Positions 51,848-63,719 of a stretch of 64,000 bases of DNA are shown piece after piece (the stretch's first letter is position 1; the number at the start of each line of letters is the position of its first letter). This stretch comes from Azolla caroliniana (lineage: Eukaryota; Plantae; Polypodiophyta). The notes beneath the pieces were generated by a model, which saw only the letters and a program-made list of their open reading frames with translations, was not told where the DNA came from and ran no database searches. Position numbers and translations under genes: made by a program. The stretch covers positions 20,212,001-20,276,000 of the forward strand of contig JBHGNT010000009.1 of assembly GCA_043228905.1 (NCBI GenBank). Reading direction: 5' to 3'.

Positions 51848-54800
51848 ATGGCGACGAGGTCGAAGGATGAATGGGGATCAGGTTCCTCCTGTCTAGGTAG
51901 ACTGATCGGTAACAGGGCCTTCATTTGGTGCTTTTCCCTTCTTTCTTTCGTAGTTCTCATGGTGGTCACTCCCCGAATCACCCAGGATCAGTCTTATCAC
52001 GATTTCGCTGACCACCGGAGCTTTTTCGGTATTTCGTGCCTTTGAGTTTTTTTTTCTCTCTCCCGTATTTGGACCTCTGTTTGTTGATTTTTCAGTTAAC
52101 TATTTGATTTAGATTTAGAAAATTTTGATTTTTCTGTCTCCTGTGTTTGTGTTTGTTGGTGGTTCATGATATTTTCAGTTCCGCATCTCTTTATAAATTT
52201 TTTTCTCTATTTATCTCGGTTTTATTGATGATAAGTAATAATCTCAGGGTAAAAACAAAGAATTCTTATGGATTTACTGAATGGTCAGAGTGTGTGTATA
52301 GGCTAAGGGAACCCTAATAAAAGCATAAAAAAATGGGTGAATATTGGTGAAACTTGTCGCAGTATTTACCTTATTTTGGGAGCATTCTTCTTTGTGGTTA
52401 GCATAGTTTTTTATATTGGTAGTGTGACAGTCATTATTTATGGTAAACTTAATCCATAGAATAATCATGCTTAATCACACGATTAGAGTGGAATTGACAT
52501 TCAATTCAATAGCCTAGGGTTTAGCCAAATCTAGAAAATTGATTTCATCAGCTCTGCTATAACGGAGGGCACCGTATATTCATAATTGTTTATGTAGAGC
52601 TTGTGTTTTGTAGAAATGTGGGTGAAATGATGTCACAATTTGCTCGCATGTTTCTTGATAAATTAAAACTGATTTTGATTTTGTTTTGGTAACTTACATG
52701 TATATTCTCCAGGACATATTTTTCCTCTAATATACTTGAGTTTGCCAATGCTCTTTTCAGGTATCCCAAACACACTAAATGTGCTCTCAAATTTTCCTTA
52801 CTTAGTTATTGGGATTATTGGACTTGTATTATGTTTTCATGGAAACTATCTAGGATTAAGGTAACTATGTGCGCATGCTCAGTCTTTCTCACTCTATTTA
52901 GGTATCTAATGCTTAACAACAGTTGTTCTATTGTATATAGTTCTAAAGGAGAAATATGGGGTTGGGCGTTCTTTTTTATTGGTATCACATCAACAGCCTT
53001 TGGTTCAGCATATTATCATCTTGAACCTGATGACTCTACTCTTGTATGGGATCGATTGCCTGTAAGTATTTTCTTTTTGTAGGTATTATATGTTTCTTGG
53101 TCATTATTACACACGCACACACACATGCAAATAGATAGATAGATGGATTTTATTACCATCTCTTCCGAGGTCAAATATGATGTATGTGACCAAAAATAGA
53201 GAGAGAGGGATAGGATTTTCTTATCGTATTTGAAGGTCAAATATGACCTATGAGACCAAAAATATAACTTTCCCTTAATACATATGAAAGTGAATAGGGA
53301 CTCTCAATGTTCAAGAACTTTACTAACGAATGTTGCTGTTGAGAGTACACACTGATGGGTCTCTGTATACAGAGCAATATCTGTGTTCCTTGGAGGTGTC
53401 TTTAAAATGCTTGACATCTGTCCTTAGAGAACCATTGCAATTCCATATAGTCATGCATAAGGTCTCATAGACCATACATTGTCTTGCAAAAGAATATTTC
53501 TGAGTGAGGCTCAAAGCTGTTGCATACAAAAATGAGAATGGGGTATGTAACATATGCATTTATGAAGGGGGATGGTATTGGGTGTTTCAGAAAGTCAAAT
53601 GAAATAAATACTGAAATAAAGTGAATCTTGTGTAGACTGTCTCTTGTCAACATCTCCGACCTAATCGACATCTGAGTAACCAATAACTCAATGCCTCCTG
53701 AATATTCTGGGAGTGTGGTCATCAATTGAAGCACAAACTCTTCATCGGTGGTCTTGTTTCTGAATTAAACAAGCTGCGTTTTGAGAGAGGTGAAATGATT
53801 GATCTGCTTCATAATGTTAGGACCACCAGTCTCTTGGAGATTGGCTAGTTAGTTCTCCAATGCTATACGATATCTTTGTTGGACTGTCTCGTGTCAACAT
53901 CTCCTACCTAATCGGCATCTGAATATCCAATAACTCAATGTCTCCTCTGAATATTCTGGGAGCTTGGTCATCAATTGAAGCACAAACTCGGTGGTCTTGT
54001 TTCTGAATTAAACAAGCTGCATTTTGAGAGAGATGAAATTATTGATCTGCTCCATAATGTTAGGACCACCAGTTTCTTGGAGATTGGCTAGTTGGTTCTT
54101 CAATGCTATACGATATCTTTGTTGGACTGTATCCCACAACTCATCAGATGTTCTCGTTATCTCTGCCAACAAATTGACTAGCAACTTGAGACTTCATATT
54201 GAAGAGCATGAAAGCATGACCATGACTATCTTTGCCCAGCAAAGAGTCAATTGCAGTTTGTGTAGGTGTTGAAGATGAAACAATATAAGTAGTCTTAAAA
54301 TTGGGCTTTGCAAACAAGATCATCATATACTTTCCCAATCTAGCTAGTTGGTTCAATCGAGACTCTTTGGAAAGTTTAAGAATGGTGGATATAATAATGT
54401 CATTGGAAACTATAAATAGATTGTAGGTGCACGATGGCTGCCAACTCCTCCCTAAGTGATAGTTCAAGTGGGGCTATACTTTGGATGGGAGGGATGGAAA
54501 TGGATGAAAAAGAAACACATCTTTGGAATAAAGTGCATCGAGAGAACAAAAAACGTGTTGAGAGGTTAGTTTTGGGGCTGCACTCTCCAACAAAAATCAC
54601 AATCTATCTGACTTGAGAATCTTACAACTATAGATAACGATACTCTTTAGTCACTTTTATTTTTGTTTACTTATTTACTCAGTTATGTTTATTCTGGCTT
54701 GCAGTTAATTTTAAGATGTAACCTCTTGCTTGGCCTTATAGGCCATTTTGGCATCTTAAAAAACGTTAATATATCTTTCTTTCTTCTCTCTAGCAGTAGC

Positions 54801-56908
54801 ACACACATGGACTTCTCCTAGAGGATGCATCCCACAATCACTGCATGACCTGTCTCTCGGTACACAGATTAAGCTTCAACAAAATGCTCTATCATCATTA
54901 TTAGGGGTTATAGGTATTACAGCTAATGTTCTTCCCCAATGGTTAAGTCGTATTCTACATTCTGTGAAGTACGCCTCTGTCTCCATTGGCTCCAATTTTG
55001 TAGAGTCTTCTAGTTGGGTTCTCCTGCAATTATGTGATTGTGTGGAGATCCTTGCCACCTGTCAGTTTGCATGACTTCTCTTCAATACTAGGATGATGGA
55101 ATGGTGTGTGATCATTCCCTAATCCACGTCCACCACGTCTCATAAGTGCATGCACAAACCGTCATGTGTCCCTTGTGTTTACACCTTGCCATGCAATCAT
55201 TCCTTCCTAAAGATCTTTTGGGCTTGTTCTTCTCTCATTACTGAGTCCAATATGCAACACTTCATCACCATCTTACCTTACCATCAGAATGGTATACCTT
55301 CTATAGTGTGTTATGTCTCATTATTGCTTGACTTGGATCCTTAACATTTTCTTTGTACTACTGCGTGGAGTCTATGTAGCCAATGACTTTTTTGGAGGTC
55401 ATTATGCACAGTCGAATGGTATTATAGTAATGTGAGGATGCTTTGGGACTATGTCATTCCTTAATCCACGTCCACCACATCATTATGCACTGTCCAATTA
55501 TAGCTTAGGACTATGTCATATTTTCTTTGAGATGGTACCTTACCTCTTGTTTTTTTGTCTTTGACATATCATTGTTGCAGATGACAATTGCCTTCTCATC
55601 AATAATGGCGGTGTTCATTATAGAAAGGGTGGATGAACATAAGGGAACTGTTTCACTTGCTCCTCTTCTTCTTGTTGGTGTGATTAGTGTTGTCTATTGG
55701 AGGTAAGGGTTATTGAATTTTTCATTTCCGTTATTTTAAGTGATCTAATCGGAGGCAAGGTTTATTGTGTTTTCCATTTGCTCCATTTAAAGTGATCCAT
55801 TTGAGGCAAGAGTTATTATATATTTGATATGCATTAATTCATGGAATTTTATTATTCAATATTCCTGATTTGCCAGAAACTAGTCAAGTGATATGTTTAC
55901 AATACAGTACAGATATGTACATTCATTCATTGCTTAGTGCTTCTAACATAGTATTCTAGTTCAAGATAGCTTTAGGACGAGAGTCCGTTTTTCCACTCAT
56001 TTCAGTTAGCTTATTATATTGCATATCAGAAGATGATGATTATGTGCAACTTAAGATACTGAAACTTATAAACCTGTCATTTATCTAGATTTGCAGATGA
56101 TTTACGTCCATATGCATTGGTGCAATTTGTGCCTTGTCTTGCCATACCTGCTATGACAATAGCTCTGCCACCTAAGTATACGCATTCTGTATACTGGCTT
56201 TGGGGTGCAGGTAAGGACATAAGCAATACCCATTTCTAGGACATACCTTAAGTTTGTGTTTACAGTTTTCCTCTCACAGGTTGGTATCTTCTTGCAAAGG
56301 TGGAGGAGGCAACAGACAAGGGGATATACAAGCTAACTCATAATCTTGTTAGTGGTCATACCCTAAAGCATCTTTGCTCAGCTATGGTGCCAGTATTTGT
56401 TATAATTATGCTTGTACGCAGGCGTGTGGAAACCGAAAGGTATAGAAGATGCGTGACACACATTGATCACTGTTACAGTTTCTCATCGCATTAGCAGAGT
56501 AGCTGTTGTATCATTTCATAGAACACCTTAACACTGAATAACGATGACCTTGGTAGAGGCTTTTTGTATTAGTAGACATGTATGTAAGTTCAAGAGGTTC
56601 ATTGTTTTTGAACCTCTTGAACTTACAGAGATGCATAAAGGTTTTGATAAGAGATATACAAGCTCAATAGGTTTAATGTTCTGATATTTTGAAGAGTTAG
56701 GAGTGTGCTCTAGTTACGAAGAACTCATGGATACTATGTTATTTTCTCCAGAAAGAGCTTGTGGGAGAACTGGACAGTGCAAATAAAGGCAAGATATTTC
56801 TTTCAAACTGATAAGATTTCATCAGTTGAAGTTAGAATTAATGGGGAGAAAAATGCAGAGCTACAAGAGGAGACCGCATCATTGATTCAGAAGTTAGTTG
56901 AAGTATAA
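51848..56908 (+). CDS. Alkaline phytoceramidase-like membrane hydrolase (CREST superfamily), 7 exons
   Basis: QSYHDFADHRSFFG|IPNTLNVLSNFPY, FGSAYYHLEPDDSTLVWDRLP|MTIAF, DDLRPYALVQF, GWYLLAK, SGHTLKHL. Stop TAA at 56906-56908. Confidence 0.88.
53635..54129. repeat. ~247-bp tandem duplication in ceramidase intron 3
   Basis: Copies at 53635-53881 and 53882-54129, with gactgt at the junctions. Confidence 0.92.
54100..54792 (+). mobile_element. 5'-truncated, decayed LINE 3' fragment related to the LINE at 58150-63108
   Basis: KLTSNLRLHIE...QRVNCSLC..VEDE resembles the LINE C-terminal LRISSHHLEIE...RLCRLC..IEDE. It ends in the same terminal sequence, cgttaatatatctttctttct. Confidence 0.65.
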
Positions 56909-57737
56909 AAGAAGACCTTCTAAACAAATATATCCAAAGGATATATAATAGGGAAATTTGTATGATACTGTAAATTCTTGTCTCTCCGTGATGATTAAAA
57001 GTGACCTTGAAAATGACCATTCTTATGTCATCAATGTAATTATTATGAAGGATTGACATCAATCACTTATCAAACACTACAAAGGTTTTTTTGCGTTCAT
57101 TTACTTCACGAGCCTGAGCTGTTAGTATTTATTTATGGCTATGGTTATGATGAAAAAACTAGAACAGACATTCTAGACAAGTTTGAATATTGACACCAGT
57201 TGGTAATAACAAGTGAACCCTATCAAGTCCCCCCAAAAATGCTATTCTTTCCTTTGCTACTATTCCTTTTGTTGTCTCCAGGCATATTTATTGACCTCTC
57301 CTACAGCTCAGCATATTTTGTTGCAAGCAAATAATCCTTTTCATAAGCAAGGAGGATGTATAGCATTGTATCCCCACCTAAATTCAATCCAACAAATTAT
57401 TGCCCATAGCAAATTAAGCGCACTTTGCTAAATTTCATAAATTTTAATTGTGGTGCAATCAGTCGTGGTATAGTGGCGAAGTGTTAGGTTTGTAACCCAT
57501 GAGGGTTTTGCATTTAATTGTGGAGCAATGGGTCCCACAATGATAAGCACATCTTATGTATGGAGAGATTTTTTGAATAACCTAAGAACAAAGAGTCCAA
57601 TATTTTGTATACTAGTGGTTTATTTACATTCCTAGTAAGTTGATATGCATTTATGCATCTTGAATCTATTTCGTTTTCCATGTAGCATACTTCATGATGA
57701 GTTTGTGCGCTAAATTGGAAAATCCTTCTACCTTTAT

Positions 57738-58160
57738 CCATGCAGCAATGATTTAGAAGAGATGGCAAGGTGCGACATGATAGGTCGGGCTTTTCAAATG
57801 GTAACTAACACAAGTTTGGAATATCATATTAGCATTTCAAAAGCCTAATCGGTTTGGGTTAATTAAAAACCTTTCTGGGGCTTTCCGGGAGGACATGTAT
57901 GCGTTTGCTCTAGTGCATATGTTTCTAGGCGTTCCGCGAGGCTTTACCAATGATCTGGACATGAAGCAGTGGTCTCGCTTGAATTCTTATCATTGGGAGT
58001 TCCGGTTGGGTGCGCCCATTTCTCGGGACAAAGAGGAGAGAGCAAGGTATAACTGTTAATAGTTATATACATAATTTTTTGGTCTCTATAGGCTTTGCTT
58101 ACATTACACATACACTTTTGAGATAAAGAGAGAGAGAAGAGAGAGGAGAGAGAGAGAGAG
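57738..58160. repeat. Upstream copy of a ~400-bp direct repeat (second copy at 63164-63550)
   Basis: Both copies read ccatgca...gaagagatg.caaggtg.gaca.gataggtcgggcttttcaaatgg...cacttttgagataaagagagagaga, with scattered substitutions. Confidence 0.95.
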
Positions 58161-61100
58161 AAAGAAAGATATATTAACGTCTTCTAAGGCCAAATTTGGC
58201 CCATGAGACAAATGGTTTAGAAAAAATGGGATATTTACCCATTCATCGAAAGTAAAAAAATCAAAATAAGATAAAAAATAGTTCTAAAAAAAACATGTTC
58301 TACAATGAAAAGATGTTATACTAGGCCTAATTTCATTTCCATCCAAGTCTCTCGAAGAGAAGCGGGAGGTCAAAGGGTTGCGATGTGGATGTGGCCCGTG
58401 GTCCCAATGTAAAAGGTACCCCAACCATAGCTTCTAGTCGACGTAGCTCATGTTCCCTTATCTTCTTAATCTTTTCTACTCCACGTCGACTTGTTTGGAA
58501 GCCCAACATCCGAGGGCGTTTGGTTGTTCTTTGTATTTTTGCTTCCTCAAGGGAGAGATCGAGTAGTGTAAGTGTATCCACATTCATCGTCTCCCCTTGT
58601 TCCTGAAAAATTACAGTAGTTACATGTTGATGAATAGTAAAAGGGTTGTGATTAACACTTTGTAATTTATTCTCCCTATGTTGTTTTAGCTCTAAGATAT
58701 ACCTACCTAGTCTTTTTACAGTCGGGGAATCTAATAGTTTGGAGAGGGTCCTAATATGTCTTGGTATTCCACCATTATCAATAATTGGGCACTTGCATGT
58801 GAAGTGATACTCATCCTCTATCTCTATGTGGCATAACCTACATAGCCTTTCCTCTCTAGGGACTCTATTAGCGCGACCATTCTCAATCTCAAGGTGGTGA
58901 GATGATATCCTAAGTTGTCCAATGGCCACCCTTAGTGCATTTGATAAGAATGTATCTAGATATCTTGGTCGTGTAATAAAACCTAACTTAGAGAAGTGCA
59001 AGAAGTGTTCCTTATAGTACAACATTTTAGATGGGAGTGGCTCTCATGGGGTGATCCATTTATATCGAGTGTAAATTTGCCATATTTCTTGGCCTATCAC
59101 TTTATTACGGTCTTCATGAGATATTAGAGTTTGATCAATCCCATGGTTGTACTTAAGGGGAGGTAGGATATTAATGTCTGTGCCATTTGCAAGTAACCAA
59201 CTCACCACAATGCTATACCAAGAGCTAGTGTCTCCAGATGCATGTAGGGATCGGGATGCCTCAAAGGCTCGACGGGATATCCTATCTTGTGGTTGGCTAT
59301 GTATCCGATGAATAAAACCTACCACTATTAACATCGGCGGTAGACTAAACTCTACTCTAATAATGTCATGCGGTACTGTCGATTTGCTTTGGAGTTGACG
59401 TGATAACATCATCACCAAAGGTCTCTCTAATTGCATCCACATGAAGGATGGTAGACCTGGCTGGAGCCCATACTACTGATGCATACATGAGGGAAGGGGT
59501 CACTAATGAGTCGAAGAGCCATCCCTTAGTCCGTGGCTCTTGAAAGTATGCATGGTGGCATTGTCTCTCTAAGAGTGAGAGGGACGCATACCCTCTCGTT
59601 AGTCTATTTTTGGCTGCCTGGGTCATCGAGAATTTACCTGAGCGAGCACTAAAAGTGACTCCCAAGTATACATATGATCCCACTACCTCAACTAGTGTAT
59701 GAGAAAGGGTTAGGTGACATTTACTCCTAACTCGGGATGATGTATGAAAGATAAGGACTTTAGTTTTCGTTAGATTCACTACTAGTCCTCGTTGTGTACA
59801 AAAGTCATCAAGGGAATTAAGATGCTTTTGTAGGTCGTGTTCCGACTCCAAGAGCAAGACCATGTCGTCTGCGTAGAGTAAGAGACTAACTTGTGTATCC
59901 CCAATAACTAATCCCTTGCCTCCTTTTCGAGCAATAAAATCAGTGATCTCATCAATGTAGATCCCAAAAAGAGTCGGTGACAAGGGGCAACCCTGTTTTA
60001 CACCAATGGTGCTAGTGAAACAATAAGATAGGCCACCTGGGCATCGTACGCACCCAAAGACTTGCTCATATAAGGCATAAATGACCCAGATCATGTCATT
60101 TGGTATCTCCAATCTCTTAAGTCTATCAAACAACCTCTCCCTAGGAACCATGTCAAAGGCTTTGCGGAAGTTCATAAAGCAACAATATAGTTTCTTCTTA
60201 CGGGCCTTCGTTTGGTCAATTAAGCACCTAAGTGTGAAGATACGGTCAATAGTGGAGAAGGCTCGTCTAAAGCCAGCTTGTTCAGGTGCGCGAAGACTTA
60301 ACGTTTCCATATAATCGCTGAGCTATGCTTCCATTACTGCACCATATAGTTTAGTGAGCGTATGACCTATCATAATGGTCCTATATGTATTTGGGTCCAT
60401 TGGGTCCCCTCCTTTATGTATAGGGGCCACTGTGTTCATGGCCCATTGTGGTGGAAAACCCTCGGCGAGGGCACAGTTGAAGATTAGAGTGAGAAGGGGG
60501 GCTAGGCACTCTCGAGCATATATGATGTGCTCGGCTCGCAATCCTGTGTGGTCCATGGATTTCCTATGTTGTAACTTTTTTATGACCTTCGTGACCCTAG
60601 GGGTCGTGAAAAGTGTCCCCATGATAGGTCGAGGTGTGGAAGGCATTGGAATGGGTGGTTGGTTCGGGACATGGTAGAGTCTCTCGATGTATGTGTGCCA
60701 AATATTGGGTTCCTCGATGGGTGTTTGTGGTCTCGGTTCCCATAGTCTCTTCCATGCAAGGGCGCAATCCCTACTCATGAACATATGGTAGAGTTCCCAA
60801 TATTGAGATGTTTCCCAAGCTCATCTTTTACGCCGTGTCATCTTGCGCATCTCTTTGCGAGCCTGTACTGAGGAAATAGTACCACGAAGTCGCGACACCT
60901 TAAGTTGTCTATACAACTCTCTACAATCCTCATCATACCACTTGTTCTGTGGCATAGACCCTATTCTACTATGATTGGAACCTTTCGCGCATGGGAAGCT
61001 ACTAGTTGTTGCTGAGTGAAGGATGTGTGTGAGTTCTGTAGTGAGATTCTCTAAAGGCAAGGAAGAATCAAAAGAGGAGAGATGGGCTTGTACATGTCGA

Positions 61101-63108
61101 GAGTAGATGTCAGCGAGCTCATGTGTGAAATGTATTATAGTGTGATGGGTTGGTTGACTAGAGTTGGTGGCGTGGGAGATGTCACATTTTAGCTCAAAGT
61201 ATAGGAAGCTATGGTTTGCACCAATGGGGCATGGGACCACTCGGAAGGAGTTAACCATGTGGGTAGCTTCAGGGCGTCCTATTAGGTAATCAATTGTGCT
61301 TTCCCCTCCTCCATGTGGGAAACATGTGAGCTCTTCCGAGCCCGGCCCCTTGGCTAAGCCATTATATATGATCATCTGGTGTCAGCTTCCAAGTTCAAGC
61401 AAATGATGGCCAAAGCTTGTGGTATCCGCACCTTGATCTTTTGATGTACGTGTTATGGCTAAGGCTAAAGGGTCGACATTCACCATTTCTATGTTTCTAT
61501 CCATCTGAAATATTGTGCATTGTCGGGATTGGGTTCTCGCATTAAAACCCCCTACAAGGAAAACTTCCCCTTGAGAAGAATATCGAATTATGTCATCCGA
61601 TAATGGTTCATATGGAGAAGGCCCATGTGGTGTTCCTTCATCAACTATACTCGCCTCTCCAACCGTATTATACTGGGATCCTTTCGGGGGGAAGTAACAA
61701 ACGGCGATAAATATCACCTGATCCTTGCTAGTGAGGATTTTCACACACATAAAACGGGCTTCTGGGTCTCTCTTTAGTATTTCTATCCTATTATGTATCT
61801 CACTCCGAAATAATATTGCAACCCCTCCAGACCCTCTAGTAGTGTGTCGACGTGATGTTTGTCTAAAGACAGATTCCCAACGAAAACCGTCAACTTGTGG
61901 CAGTCCCCGATTTGGACTCTGATGTGTTTCTACTAAAAAAAGTATATCAGATACCTTCAAAATGTCCTCTAGACGGCCAGGGTGTGTCCAAAGTGCACCA
62001 TTACAATTCTATAAGGTCATCCTAAGTTTATTGTCTGTCACATGGGCCACACGCCATCAATTGGCGGCGTGATCATTAATTATCACACGTCCGTCTCGGT
62101 AAAAAGCACGGTGCCCCTCTTTACGAGCTTGTATGACTTGCGGCATACAAGTTTTACGATGCTCAATTTGCATCTTGGTCAAGTCTTCATCGAGGTAGAT
62201 AGGGTCCCCGCCCAAACCTCGAAGAATTGGTCTCTTTTTAAAAAAGGTGATCCTAGATTCTGAGTCCTTAAACTGGAGGACTAAAGCTCTTTTCCTAGTG
62301 TGACACGCCCTACTCTCCAAGTTTTAGTGATTGGTAGGGCTTCGTACCCCAACATCTTCCCTAATGTTTGTGCATCTTCGTCGGGAGATGCCCCTTCTTT
62401 GAGCCCAGTAACTCTTACGTTCAAGCGTCGAGCTTGACACATTTTTTCCTCCTCAAGGGTGGTGTTTACAATATTTTCATCCTTTAGTTCCTTTTTAATA
62501 TTACGTTTTACTACATCAACCCACCCAGTTTTTGGTAGTTCCATATCGCTTTTAACCTCTTCCTTAACCTTTTTTATCTCGTCCTTAATATCCTCTAGGG
62601 AGGATATTTCACCATCCTAGATGTCTCAAGGTCCTTAACTTGTTTTTGAAGGTTCACGTTGTCTTCCTTAAGTTTCACTATTTCAACGTTCTTTTTCTTC
62701 CTTATATTTTTGGTTTTGAGCTTCAATCTCTTTTGCCCATTTTTCCATTTTAACTAACCGTTTAAGGACATCTAAAAATTCTTCCTTACTTATAATTTCG
62801 TCGTGTGTTTCCCTATGGTTTCGTCGAGAAGTCATGTTGTAATTCAAAAGATAGAAGAAAGAAAAAGTCAAAAAGGGATAGAAAAACTTAGCCGAGCATC
62901 GATGTCTTGCGCGCGCTAGGTACAAGTGTAGAAGCACATTTGTACTCTCTCGTCTACACAACCGACAACGTTGTAAGAGGTGTAGGTGACATTCACGGTT
63001 GGCAACGGCAACGACGAAAGACAATAGCGACAAATGACGACAACGGCGACATCAGTCTACGACGGCGGTAGCGACGACGATAAACGGCGGTTCAAACGAC
63101 GACAGACA
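58150..63108 (-). mobile_element. Apparently full-length but inactivated non-LTR retrotransposon (RTEX-like LINE): CpG-rich 5' UTR, ORF1, and ORF2 with APE, RT and CCHC domains
   Basis: ORF1 from ATG 62835 (coiled coil, RRLNVRVTGL, IYLDEDLT). APE: (W)NCNG, FLVETH, GGVAIL, GGFNAR, STIDY. RT: EQAGFR, KAFD, GVKQGCPLSPTLF, LLYADD, YLG. C-terminus: CRLCHIEIEDEYHFTCKCP. Multiple stops and frameshifts. Clade assignment is by motif recognition. Confidence 0.92.
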
Positions 63109-63163
63109 CACATACACACACATAGAGCAGAGTCTCTCTCTGTCTCTGTCTTTGTCTCTAACC

Positions 63164-63550
63164 CATGCAATAGTGAATTAGAAGAGATGACAAGGTGTGA
63201 CACGATAGGTCGGGCTTTTCAAATGGTAATTAACACAAGTTTGGCATATCATATTAGCATTTCAAAAGCCTAATCGGTTTAGGTTGATTAAAAACCTTTC
63301 TGGGGCTTTCCAGGAGGACATGTATGCGTTTGTTCTAGTGCATATCTTTCTAGGCGTTCCGCGAGGCTTTACCAATGATCCGGACATGAAGCAGTGATCT
63401 CGCTTGAATTCTGATAATTGGGAGTCCCGGTCGCGCCCATTTATGGGGACAAAGAGGAGAGAGCAAGGGATAGCTGTTACAATGTTATATACACAGTTTT
63501 TTGGTCTCCTATAGGCTTTTGCTTACACTTTTGAGATAAAGAGAGAGAGA
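63164..63550. repeat. Downstream copy of the ~400-bp direct repeat (JMJ30 upstream region)
   Basis: Matches 57738-58160. Confidence 0.95.
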
Positions 63551-63702
63551 CAGAGTTATGTAGAGAGAGAGAAGAGAGAGAGAGAGACAGAGTTATGTAG
63601 AGAGAGAGACAGAGAGAGACAGAGTTACGTAGAGAGAGAGAGTTACGTAGAGAGAGAGAGAGAGAGAAAACTCTGTCTCTGTCTCTGTCTCTTTCTGTCT
63701 CT
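63538..63702. repeat. (GA)n and gacagagttatgtagagaga compound repeat, followed by complementary (TCTCTG)n
   Basis: Directly visible, immediately upstream of the JMJ30 ATG. Confidence 0.9.
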
Positions 63703-63719
63703 AACCCACCTGGCGATCC

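Noticed and set aside
57738-63550. LTR retrotransposon interpretation of the direct repeats
   Set aside because: The interior is an APE-RT LINE with no gag, integrase, PBS or TG..CA ends, and the repeat matches JMJ30 upstream DNA.
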